A DNA stretch of 53,986 nucleotides from a virus (Duplodnaviria; Caudoviricetes): positions 1 to 53,986 of the IMG/VR virus record IMGVR_UViG_3300042311_001046; one strand, written 5' to 3'. Below the pieces are notes generated by a model. It was not told the DNA's origin. It made no database searches and worked only from the letters and a program-made list of their open reading frames with translations. The stretch's first letter is position 1. Every line of letters begins with the position of its first letter. The position numbers were made by a program, and so were the translations under genes. Shown here in pieces: positions 1 to 9,459 of this stretch.

Positions 1-3000
1 TCTAATGAGCCAAAATACATTTTAAAGTTTGTTGGGTCAAACAAAACTTTTGCCTTTGTATCTCCAGAAGATGCTGAAAAACTTAAACTATCAACGTCTT
101 TGTACTCTGAATCCAAAATTTCGGTTCCGTCTTGACTATAAGAGTAATATCTTAAAGATGCGGAATCTGAAGAAATATCAAAAGGATTATAAGTTAAATT
201 AAATGAACCTATAACAGTAATTGTATTAGTTTTTGTTGATGTTGGAGTATTAGTATTGGTAGGTGTCACAGTTGAGGTATTAGTGTTAGTAGGTGTTGCA
301 TTTGGAGTCTTCGTTATAGTTGGAGTATTTGTAGAAGTCTTTGTTACAGTTTGAGTTGGTGTTGGTGTCTGAGTTGGACTTACTTGAGGTTGAAAATCTA
401 TATTCATGCAACCGGCAAACAATAATTGAGACGCCCCGTACATATTCGAACCTGCAACATTTGGGTTTCCGAATAAAGATACAGGTGAGTAAGGTGATTC
501 ATTTGGAATTTGGTATAAATCTGAGTAACCTGCTAAAATTTGAGTAGAACTTTCAAGAAGTACAAACCCACTATTCTGCACAATAGGATTTGATACCTGA
601 AAATCGACCTCAAATTCACTTGTGTCATAATCATATTGTGTTATGTAAAATGTTTCTGGTGTACTATTTATGAAGTTTGGTATAATTAATTTTGAGTTAT
701 CATTAAGTATAAAGTTAGAACCTGGTGATACTTTTCTTCCAGTTGCCAAACAGAATAGTGGTGTAACGGAAATGTTATTAGGGTCAGTTATATTCATTTG
801 AATAAAACAAGAAGTTGTTGTTCCTGTTGCGGCAATAATTGTAAAGTCGTCTATTGCAAGAATACCTGGTCCTATGTTAAAGTTTAAAGATATATCTTGT
901 GAATATGTTGCAACAAATGGAGATAGTGTTATATCCCAAACTCTTAAATAATTGTAGTATGGACCAACAGGGCCTCCTTGTTTAAACTGAGTAAATAATT
1001 TTCCTTCAGTATGTGTTAAATCACCGGCGGACACACTTAAATTAGGTACTACTAATTCTGCCGACTCATTAGGACTACTAAAACTATATTTGTAAATTCT
1101 ACTCTCAGCTCTTACTAATGCATCACATAAACCTACTGAAACTGGTGTAAGTTCTACAGGTAGACAACCAACATTGTATTTTTGTGATGCACCATATATA
1201 TCGGAAATTGCCGTTGGGTTACCAAATAAAGTTAAAGGACTATACGGAGAATTGAGAGGTACATTATAAATGTCATTTTTACCAATTAAAAGTTGCGTTT
1301 CACTCTCTATTATTACAAAATTATTAAAAGTTGTATTTCCTTCGGATGCAACTAAGACATCTTGTTCCTCAAAACCTGTTGTATAATCAAACTGAGTTAA
1401 ATGATATGTAATTGGGCTAAATCCGTCATCGTGTGTGTTTGACACAATTAATTTACCATTGTCCGTTAAAATAAAATTAGACCAACGAGAAACTTTTCTA
1501 TTTGGTGATAAACAGAATTTATCTGTAACACCTATATATACTGGGTCAGTAATGTCTATTTCAATAAAACAAGAAGTTGTACTACCTGTTGAGACTATTA
1601 ATGTTGTGTTACTAAGAGCAAATATGCCCCATCCTATTTCAAAATCTAAACTAATGTCTTCTATGAAGTCCGCACCAAACGGAGATAAGTTTAAATCCCA
1701 AACTCTTATTGAATCTATTATTGTATTTGAAGTACTACCGAATTGGGCAAATAATCTTGTTTCAGTATGTGTAATATCTGCTGGGGTAATAGTTAAATTA
1801 GGTATAACAAGTTCTGTTGATGTGTCTGGTGAGTTTGTGTCGTACTTATAAAGTTTTGATTGACCTCTTAATAAAATTTCACAGCTAGTTACTACTTCAG
1901 TGTTTGTTGTAAATCCACTTCCTACAAGACCGCAATCATCAAAAATTGGAAGTTTAGTAGGAGTTATAGTTGGTGTTGGTGTCGGAGTTGAGGTCGGGTT
2001 AATACATCCACAACTTCCAGTATAAACTATACCATTTCCAGACAATCTGATTACATCAAATGCGCATAAAGATGAACCGTACTGAGTTGAATACATGGTA
2101 AATTGATTTACTTGTATTTCACTTGTTGTATTGTCACAATAGGTTACCTCAAAATTACTTCCACCTGTTTGGGTTCCCCCGTACATATCAAAATTAAAAC
2201 AACATCTTGTTGGAGAAGGTGTTGGTGTTTTTGTTAAAGTTGGTGTTGGGGTCTTGGTTCTTGTTGGTGTTGGTGTTGGAGCGCAAGGGTCGATTTCAAT
2301 AAAACATGTTAAATCACATGGATTAAATGTATATCCATCAGGACAAGAATATCCACTAGAAGTGTAATTTCCCGTTAAAGTTTGAACCGTAGTGGCGCTC
2401 GTTTGTCCGCTAGATGAAAATAAAATATTCAAATCAGACAAATCAGTTGCCGATATTAATTCTTCAGCTGTATTATCATAAATTTCACATCCAAATCCCG
2501 CCGCGGAAGGAGTTACACCATCACCCAAAAAAGTTCTGTTTAATCCATATAACTCAATTACATGGTCACCTACCGATAGATTTACTGGATACACGTGCCA
2601 ATAGATAAACCCTAGATTCCCCCCCGAGGGGCAACAATATGGGCCGGAAAAAGTATTAACAAACTCAACTCCGTCTACAACAAATCTAAAACTATTATCC
2701 GCACCTAACCCAATCCAATAAGTTTTAGTTTCAGGAACAGTAATACAAACACTAAATCCTAACCAAGTAAGTATTGGAAAATTAACAGCGTCTGTTGCCC
2801 ATATACCACTTCTATTTAATGGTCCATCGGAAGAGCTGGTATTCTTCCAAACTGAGTTAGTATCCAATACCGCTAAGTAAATATTACCAGGGCTAGTACC
2901 ATTAGGATTAAATGGGTCATGAATTATTGTCCCCATCAAAGTATTAACATCATTTCCAATACCATTTGATGAAACATTAACAATCGCATCGGCAGATGGG

Positions 3001-4472
3001 GGAGTTGCCTCAATTGTAACAATTGTTGTAAAACAAATTGTTGGTGTCGGTGTTGGAGTGGCAGTTCCTGATGGTGTGGGTAATAAAGGTGTTATTCTAA
3101 AACTTTGTTTAAAGCAGTCAGTTAATTGAGACGTTCCATTAATTCTTTCGTTTATGTTAGTTTCAAAAGTTATATTATAAGGATAATTTAAATCCATAGA
3201 ATAACTCTGACCATCAGAACTGTTGTTTACAACAAATATGTTATTATCAAAAGAATATAAACCGGCAGGAGATGGAACCGTACTTGTGATATTAATTTCA
3301 ACTTCTGGCCCTTCAGTTAAGTCATATTGATTAACAAAGGTGTTACCTTCGCCGTCTTGATTTGTTATAAGTAGTTTATTACTAGAATTATATGAAATGT
3401 CTCCAGTTACAAATCTTCCGTTAGTTAAGAAAAATAAACTAGATGGTACACCTGTGTTTGTTGTAATATCTAATAATAAAATTTCATCTGGAATATTAGG
3501 TACATCTGAACTTCTTGATATAACTAACGTAGTGTCATTAATAACTCCAAGACCATTACCAACATTTATGTTTGGTAGTTCTATTAGACGAGAATATTCA
3601 ACACTAAACGGGAAAAGTGATACTATATCCCATTCTTGTATATGTGTTTCCCCAAGTAACCAAAGAGTCTCTTCTGTATGTGCAATATCCAAATTATAAT
3701 TAGATATACTTGGACCAATAAAAAATGAAGTTAGATTTAATGACGTATTTGTAACCGGGTTAAACGCATAAACTTGTCCTGACTTAGTCACATAAAGTAC
3801 ATCACATTCATTAATATATGGAAATCTAGTTGGAGTTGGAGTGACAGTTGGAGTTCTTGTTGGTTTTGGTGTTTTATTTGGTGTTCTTGTTACGGTTGGA
3901 GTTGGAGTTGGTTTTTGCGTACTTCTTGGTGTCCTTGTTACTGTTGGAGTGGATGTAGGTCTTATTATTGGACATCTACCATCTATACAAGGTCCAACAA
4001 GTACTGAAGTCACATATGAAGATGCTGTAAACGCATTTGGTGACATACAAAGAGGCTCTGAACTATTATTGTCTATCGTAGTTTGAGTAAAATCACCTTT
4101 GCAATCATAATATTTTAATTTTCCATCATTACCTGTATTGTTTATAAAAGTATAACAAAAACAAACTGAAGTTGGTGTAGGTGTAGCCGTTTTGGTTGGG
4201 GTCCTTGTCGGAGTTAGTTTAGGGTTAGTTCTTGTTGGTGTAGCGGTTTTGGTTGGCGTAGGTGTTGGGGTTGGACAGGGTATTGAAAAATCACAGGTTT
4301 CATTATATTCTGGAAAATATAAGGTATAAGTACCAAAATAGTAGTCGGCTTCGTAGTTATAAGGTATTGTGACATAACCTATTGTAATTGTACCACCTGT
4401 ACACGGATAAAACGTGACTAAGGCAATTTGACCCTCAAAATTTTCTGACGTTATTTGAACTACTTCTGGCAT
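1..4472 (-). CDS. Large modular Pro/Thr-linker protein (at least 1490 aa, runs off the window's left end); putative virion surface or fibre protein
   Basis: Absent from the ORF track, consistent with no stop codon inside the window. ATG at 4472 gives MPEVVQITSENFEGQIALVTFYPCTGG...; the same frame was confirmed at ~2620, ~1890 and position 3 (..DPTNFKMYFGSL). Contains PT linkers, Cys modules and three copies of a ~245-aa beta-rich domain. Confidence 0.85.
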   Translation of the reverse strand, partial: MPEVVQITSENFEGQIALVTFYPCTGGTITIGYVTIPYNYEADYYFGTYTLYFPEYNETCDFSIPCPTPTPTPTKTATPTRTNPKLTPTRTPTKTATPTPTSVCFCYTFINNTGNDGKLKYYDCKGDFTQTTIDNNSSEPLCMSPNAFTASSYVTSVLVGPCIDGRCPIIRPTSTPTVTRTPRSTQKPTPTPTVTRTPNKTPKPTRTPTVTPTPTRFPYINECDVLYVTKSGQVYAFNPVTNTSLNLTSFFIGPSISNYNLDIAHTEETLWLLGETHIQEWDIVSLFPFSVEYSRLIELPNINVGNGLGVINDTTLVISRSSDVPNIPDEILLLDITTNTGVPSSLFFLTNGRFVTGDISYNSSNKLLITNQDGEGNTFVNQYDLTEGPEVEINITSTVPSPAGLYSFDNNIFVVNNSSDGQSYSMDLNYPYNITFETNINERINGTSQLTDCFKQSFRITPLLPTPSGTATPTPTPTICFTTIVTIEATPPSADAIVNVSSNGIGNDVNTLMGTIIHDPFNPNGTSPGNIYLAVLDTNSVWKNTSSSDGPLNRSGIWATDAVNFPILTWLGFSVCITVPETKTYWIGLGADNSFRFVVDGVEFVNTFSGPYCCPSGGNLGFIYWHVYPVNLSVGDHVIELYGLNRTFLGDGVTPSAAGFGCEIYDNTAEELISATDLSDLNILFSSSGQTSATTVQTLTGNYTSSGYSCPDGYTFNPCDLTCFIEIDPCAPTPTPTRTKTPTPTLTKTPTPSPTRCCFNFDMYGGTQTGGSNFEVTYCDNTTSEIQVNQFTMYSTQYGSSLCAFDVIRLSGNGIVYTGSCGCINPTSTPTPTPTITPTKLPIFDDCGLVGSGFTTNTEVVTSCEILLRGQSKLYKYDTNSPDTSTELVIPNLTITPADITHTETRLFAQFGSTSNTIIDSIRVWDLNLSPFGADFIEDISLDFEIGWGIFALSNTTLIVSTGSTTSCFIEIDITDPVYIGVTDKFCLSPNRKVSRWSNFILTDNGKLIVSNTHDDGFSPITYHLTQFDYTTGFEEQDVLVASEGNTTFNNFVIIESETQLLIGKNDIYNVPLNSPYSPLTLFGNPTAISDIYGASQKYNVGCLPVELTPVSVGLCDALVRAESRIYKYSFSSPNESAELVVPNLSVSAGDLTHTEGKLFTQFKQGGPVGPYYNYLRVWDITLSPFVATYSQDISLNFNIGPGILAIDDFTIIAATGTTTSCFIQMNITDPNNISVTPLFCLATGRKVSPGSNFILNDNSKLIIPNFINSTPETFYITQYDYDTSEFEVDFQVSNPIVQNSGFVLLESSTQILAGYSDLYQIPNESPYSPVSLFGNPNVAGSNMYGASQLLFAGCMNIDFQPQVSPTQTPTPTQTVTKTSTNTPTITKTPNATPTNTNTSTVTPTNTNTPTSTKTNTITVIGSFNLTYNPFDISSDSASLRYYSYSQDGTEILDSEYKDVDSLSFSASSGDTKAKVLFDPTNFKMYFGSL

Positions 4473-4516
4473 CTTTTTTAAAATAAATATCTTTACTTTT
4501 TTATTATACTAATTTT

Positions 4517-4858
4517 TTAATTAGTTATATTGTATTCTATATCACAAACTGGAACTTCAACAATTCCATAATCAATGTCACAAGGAGGAACAAATATTGT
4601 TACTCCTGAAATATCACAGTCAGGAACATTTATTTCTTCAGTGTAAATGTCTATTGGGGGGATGTCTATTACCTTTGGGAAGGTCCTGTCAATACTTGGT
4701 ATGTAAAAATAAAATGTACCGGCTAACTGGTCTGTTGTATATTGGAAAGGAAAAGTACCTGAACCTAAATCTATTCTTGTATTTGAGTCATACTTTGAAT
4801 ATTGTACTTTTATCGCCTGCCCTAAAAATGTTTTACTTATAAATCTATAGGTTATCAT
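4517..4858 (-). CDS. Small putative structural protein with three PxCDI repeats
   Basis: 113-aa ORF overlapping the stop of the upstream gene (ATGA). N-terminus resembles those of both neighbours; C-terminus has VPDCDI/VPPCDI/VPVCDI. Confidence 0.65.
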   Translation of the reverse strand: MITYRFISKTFLGQAIKVQYSKYDSNTRIDLGSGTFPFQYTTDQLAGTFYFYIPSIDRTFPKVIDIPPIDIYTEEINVPDCDISGVTIFVPPCDIDYGIVEVPVCDIEYNITN

Positions 4859-5391
4859 GGTATTTCTACAACAGTTATATCATTTATGGTTCCACCAGTT
4901 GCGCAGTTTGGACATCTTGGGTCAAACATTTGGAATTTAGTTTTGAGTAAATCAAAGTTGTGTACAATTTCAGAGGCATTTAATGGCTCCACATACATTC
5001 TAAATTGACTTATTCCACCATCAAAAGTACCTGCAAAATTTGGTTCAATTAATATATTGGTTGTAAGTGCCGATAAACTTGTTCCTGATAATGTTTGATT
5101 TGGCATTACTTCAGGGTCTTGTTGATATGGAGCGTCAAATGTGTAAGTTATTGGACCTGGTATTGGTGGGGTAAATACTGGTAAAGTTTGTCCCGAAATA
5201 ATTGAAAAGGAACAAGAATAATTAAAACCTGTAAAATTTAAAATATATTCTCCGTAAAAATAGTCTGTAGAATAGTTGTAAGGTATTACTTGAGAGCCCA
5301 CATTAACTGTTCCTCCTGTATCGGGGTTATATGTTATTACAGCGGTTTGACCACTATAATTATTACTACCAATTTTAACAGTTGCCGGCAT
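4855..5391 (-). CDS. Protein carrying the C-terminal strand of a LamG/ConA-like domain
   Basis: FDGGISQFRMYVEPLNASEI matches the LamG_3 terminal motif FxGxIxxxRxYxxxLxxxEI. The N-terminal 65 aa are paralogous to the ORF starting at 4472. Confidence 0.7.
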   Translation of the reverse strand: MPATVKIGSNNYSGQTAVITYNPDTGGTVNVGSQVIPYNYSTDYFYGEYILNFTGFNYSCSFSIISGQTLPVFTPPIPGPITYTFDAPYQQDPEVMPNQTLSGTSLSALTTNILIEPNFAGTFDGGISQFRMYVEPLNASEIVHNFDLLKTKFQMFDPRCPNCATGGTINDITVVEIP

Positions 5392-5414
5392 CCAAAAACT
5401 TTATTTAATAAATA

Positions 5415-6047
5415 TTAAAGTTGTTGGAAATACTTTTGTATTCTTTGACTTAATCTAACTCTTGGGTCATTTTCACTTCGACCGACAACATCATATGGAA
5501 CAATAAAACCAAAACTTAAAAAAACTCTTCTTGAGTTAAACTCGTTTGTCCAATGTTTATAAAGAGATGCTTCAAACCCATAAAGGTCAGTTTGTTCAAT
5601 ATTAATTGAATCATCACCAATGAATAAATCATAATTTTCAGATAATACACTAATATTACATTTGTAATTAATGTAACCGTTAATAGATGCATCATAATGT
5701 GGATTAATTTTTCCACCTTTATTCATATCTACCGCTTGTAGAAAAATATTATCTTTTGGAAAATTAAATTCCTTTGAGATTCTATCAATTATATTATAAA
5801 TGAACTCAGGTAATATATCTTGAGATACATCTGAAATTGATTGGAATTTTGTGATGTAGTTGGTAAGGGGTGTATTTGAAATATCAAAAATGCAAGACTT
5901 TCCTTTTAGTTCTTTGGATAATTCTGATAAATGATAATTACTATCATTTCCTGTGTGATTAACAGAATCAATCCAATTTACTATTTGGTGTACTTCATCT
6001 TTTGAGATAAACTTTTTTTTTATCTTATAGGTTTCCGTGTTTTCCAA
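5415..6047 (-). CDS. 2OG-Fe(II) dioxygenase (prolyl hydroxylase-like fold)
   Basis: HxD (INPHYD), distal His (YKHWT), Arg-x-x-x-S strand (RVFLSFGF), N-terminal KKFISKDE motif. Confidence 0.75.
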   Translation of the reverse strand: MENTETYKIKKKFISKDEVHQIVNWIDSVNHTGNDSNYHLSELSKELKGKSCIFDISNTPLTNYITKFQSISDVSQDILPEFIYNIIDRISKEFNFPKDNIFLQAVDMNKGGKINPHYDASINGYINYKCNISVLSENYDLFIGDDSINIEQTDLYGFEASLYKHWTNEFNSRRVFLSFGFIVPYDVVGRSENDPRVRLSQRIQKYFQQL

Positions 6048-6285
6048 TCTTTTTCAAATTGTGTTTTGCCAAAAATTCCTTTGGGTTCATTGCCTCAATT
6101 ATTGTTAGTTCGGCTGAGTCCATAAGTTCTTTTGCCCTTTCTTCGGGAACCGCCATAACACATAATTTATGAGTTGCCGGTAATTCTCCTGTTGGTGACA
6201 AACTTATTTTTAAGATGTTGTCATTTTTCATTTTTTCTCTTGCTTGTGAAACTTTTGATTCTTCACATAATATACAAATTCTCAT
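6025..6285 (-). CDS. Hypothetical protein
   Basis: 86-aa ORF packed co-directionally between its neighbours. Confidence 0.65.
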   Translation of the reverse strand: MRICILCEESKVSQAREKMKNDNILKISLSPTGELPATHKLCVMAVPEERAKELMDSAELTIIEAMNPKEFLAKHNLKKIGKHGNL

Positions 6286-6291
6286 AATTTT

Positions 6292-9200
6292 TTATTCATT
6301 AATATTTTTTATTGTTAGTGTATCACTTGAATCGTAATATGATAATCGTTTGTTTCCTCCTTGTCTTTCAAAAATCTGACAAGTGTAAGTTTCATAAACA
6401 GATGGATTAACACTAATACCTGTAACAGTAATGACAACATCGTCAGCAGGAGTTGCTCCACTTATTTGAGTCCCTAATATCGTTATTGTATTACCGGTTT
6501 GGTATAATCTACCATCAGAAAATCCACTAACACCTATTACCGCTCCACCCGAAACCTCAACATCAAAAGTTGCTCCTGTACCAATTCCATTTGTAGTGCC
6601 AGATAAATCAGTATAAACGGCATCAGTTCCGGTTGTCCCATTAGCAACATATGTAACCCCTGTTATGTTTCCATAATTTGTTGTAAAATCAGTGTTATTT
6701 ATAACTGTGTTAACAATGTTCCACTGAAAATAATCTCCTATGGTGTTGTTCTCAAAATTATCAGCAATTGTATTGTTATAGAAATACTCACCTATTGTAT
6801 TATCAACAAAATAATTACCTATGGTATTACCTTGTGGTTCGCCACCTCCGTTTCCAAAATTTTCACCTATTGTGTTATTACTAAAACCGACACCGATATT
6901 GTTATTGGCAAAATTATTACCAATAGTGTTTGAAAAGACACCACCTTTAAATGTATTTTGGTAAACATCACCCAAAAAGTCATTACTATCAATATTGGGT
7001 CCGAAGGTATTCTGACTACAATACCCACTAATTTGATTTCCTCCAAATCCCCAATCTAATCTATTTTGGTAAAAACTATCATACGTTATATTGCCCTTAA
7101 ATTCGTTGAATATTTGGTTATCATAAAAATCACCATATATTGTATTGTTTTCAAATTGTTCACCGATTCTATTTGTGGATGTCTCTCCACTTATTGAATT
7201 ATTATTGAATCCAGAAGCAATTTCATTTTTATTGAAGTCATTTATAATTTCGTTATTTTGAAAATCAAAACCAATTTGATTATCTTCGAAATTATCACCT
7301 ATGATATTATCTTCGAAATTATTACCAATTACATTATTTCTAAAATTATTACCATTATTTGTTTGTGTGTAAATTGAGTTCCATTCAGTATCCTGCGGTG
7401 AAACGCTAGAATTCCACGACCCCTCTGTTGCAATATTATAAATACCATCTGAATCACCCCTAGTTATTTCAACAACGCCTTCAACAATAATGTCAACTTC
7501 AGACCCATAATTAGTTTTTGTAAAGGTAACTGCTGAACCTATATTATTACCGTTAGAATCAATTTCTTGTCTGTCATATTGGAATCCACCCCCATTATTA
7601 CTTTGTGTCCATTGAGTAAATTTAATTTTAAAGTATTGTGATGTTGAAATTATTTTCATCACTAATTCTTTACCTAATACTTTATTATCTAAATCACCGC
7701 TAACAGCGTCATTAAAAAGCTCGTAATTTCTTGTTGACAGTGTTGATAAATCATTCCAACCAAATAGAGTATAGTTATAAGGTCTATTATCTCGAAAATC
7801 TATCCCTACATTGTTTTCATTAAAATCGTAGCTAACTATGTTATTGTAAAAATAATAACCTGTGCTATTATTATAGAAATCATCATATACCTTGTTATTA
7901 TTGTACCCATTACCAATATTATTTAGAGCAAAATAATCACCAGTTTGATTATTATTAAAACCATTTAATATTGTATTACCAATAAATTCACCATTTATGG
8001 TATTATCTTGGAAATTAGTCCCTATTTGATTATTTTGGAAATCTTCTCTTATAGTATTATTATTAAAATTATTACGAATGTAATTTCTGTAAAATACATT
8101 CTCAGTTAAGTTACCAAAATCACCAATTGTATTATTGTTAAAACCATCTAATATTTCATTTTTATAAAATCTAGAATAAATAATATTATTATTAAAACCG
8201 TTACCAATTATGTTATCCTCAAAATCATCATCATTTTCAGCTAATAGTTGGTTATTGTTAAAATCATTTCCAATATGGTTATCGGTTATATTGGTATTTA
8301 TTAGGTTATCGTGAAAATAATGTCCAATTATGCTATCATCTATATCGTTTGTTGAAACGTTATTATAACAGTAATCACCCCAAGTATTATTTCCATTATC
8401 AGTACCCCAAGTATTATTATAACAATAGTCTCCAAATTTATTACTTTCGTATTCACCTTGTATAAACACATTATTTGCTAATATAAATGTTCCATCCGAT
8501 ATGTTTGTGTAGTTGTTTGCGTAATTACCTACATAGTTATTTTTGGCATAATTTTCAGATATGGCGTCACCAAATGTTGTGTATTCTATAAAATCATCTG
8601 TTTTAACATTTGTTCTTTTGTAACTAAAATATCCTCCATATTCATCATCATTAGTAATCTCCTCAACAGCTAAATAAAACGCTGAACCTGCCCCAGCAGT
8701 AGCTATTGTATCACCAGAAACCGTCATTGTCACATTATCATCAATAGTAACAATTTCATAATAACTAGGGTCGGCATTAGGTATATAAACAACATCACCA
8801 ACGGTTAACGCTGTAAAAGATGTGTTATTACCCTCAACAGTACCATCATTTAATAACTCTATGGTACCATTTAAACGTAGTCCTTCTCTATTAGTATACA
8901 AACGATATCTTTTGAATAAAATCGTTCTATGGTCATAATCTGTTCTGTTATTGAACTCATCAATTCTTTCAGTAATCCTACCTTTAGCAGGACCTGATGT
9001 TACCTCTGTTAGGTTCCAACTTATATCATAAGATATTTTATCTTGTGGATATAGTGTTGAATAAACTGTAGGTGAAAACCCTGTTGTTGATGTTGCCAAC
9101 AATAATATAGGTTCTGTTGTCCCTGTTTTATAGTTGCCCGTTGTTATTGGAGTACTATCACTATTATAGTTTGGTTGGTCATAACAAGTTTGATAATCGG

Positions 9201-9399
9201 TCATCAAGTAAAATATACCAGACGTTAATGTTCCACCTGTATATAATGAATATAACTCGTCATATGTTACCTCAACTGTTGAGTTAGAAGTAATTGCTGA
9301 AATTGCTCCTTGATATGTTGTTCCTTCATCAACAAATGGAAATGTACTTGTTGAAGTTAGATTCCCTAAAGGTAATTCTGAAATTTTTACGTTAGCCAT
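6292..9399 (-). CDS. Asn-rich beta-helix repeat protein; putative tail fibre or spike
   Basis: N-terminal VKISELP motif typical of phage fibres; dozens of 9-10-aa NxIGxxFxN repeats; beta-rich C-terminal GTGATFDVEVSGG domain. Confidence 0.7.
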   Translation of the reverse strand: MANVKISELPLGNLTSTSTFPFVDEGTTYQGAISAITSNSTVEVTYDELYSLYTGGTLTSGIFYLMTDYQTCYDQPNYNSDSTPITTGNYKTGTTEPILLLATSTTGFSPTVYSTLYPQDKISYDISWNLTEVTSGPAKGRITERIDEFNNRTDYDHRTILFKRYRLYTNREGLRLNGTIELLNDGTVEGNNTSFTALTVGDVVYIPNADPSYYEIVTIDDNVTMTVSGDTIATAGAGSAFYLAVEEITNDDEYGGYFSYKRTNVKTDDFIEYTTFGDAISENYAKNNYVGNYANNYTNISDGTFILANNVFIQGEYESNKFGDYCYNNTWGTDNGNNTWGDYCYNNVSTNDIDDSIIGHYFHDNLINTNITDNHIGNDFNNNQLLAENDDDFEDNIIGNGFNNNIIYSRFYKNEILDGFNNNTIGDFGNLTENVFYRNYIRNNFNNNTIREDFQNNQIGTNFQDNTINGEFIGNTILNGFNNNQTGDYFALNNIGNGYNNNKVYDDFYNNSTGYYFYNNIVSYDFNENNVGIDFRDNRPYNYTLFGWNDLSTLSTRNYELFNDAVSGDLDNKVLGKELVMKIISTSQYFKIKFTQWTQSNNGGGFQYDRQEIDSNGNNIGSAVTFTKTNYGSEVDIIVEGVVEITRGDSDGIYNIATEGSWNSSVSPQDTEWNSIYTQTNNGNNFRNNVIGNNFEDNIIGDNFEDNQIGFDFQNNEIINDFNKNEIASGFNNNSISGETSTNRIGEQFENNTIYGDFYDNQIFNEFKGNITYDSFYQNRLDWGFGGNQISGYCSQNTFGPNIDSNDFLGDVYQNTFKGGVFSNTIGNNFANNNIGVGFSNNTIGENFGNGGGEPQGNTIGNYFVDNTIGEYFYNNTIADNFENNTIGDYFQWNIVNTVINNTDFTTNYGNITGVTYVANGTTGTDAVYTDLSGTTNGIGTGATFDVEVSGGAVIGVSGFSDGRLYQTGNTITILGTQISGATPADDVVITVTGISVNPSVYETYTCQIFERQGGNKRLSYYDSSDTLTIKNINE

Positions 9400-9459
9400 T
9401 TTTAATTTTATTTATAAATATCTTTTATTTTATTAGTTATGTTTTTTATTTGTCTTTAT

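Noticed and set aside
2619-2625. C7 (G7 on the coding strand) homopolymer as a phase-variation switch
   Set aside because: Short and in frame (PSGGN); no evidence of slippage without read data.
341-4086. Plus-strand ORFs 341-547, 1435-1851, 2414-2608, 3397-3699 and 3841-4086
   Set aside because: Antisense shadows of the long minus-strand ORF; the VGVGV runs are the reverse reading of PT codons.
6292-9399. Asn-codon-rich gene as a diversity-generating retroelement target or template
   Set aside because: No reverse transcriptase and no adenine-mismatched TR/VR pair seen; the Asn content is explained by the beta-helix.
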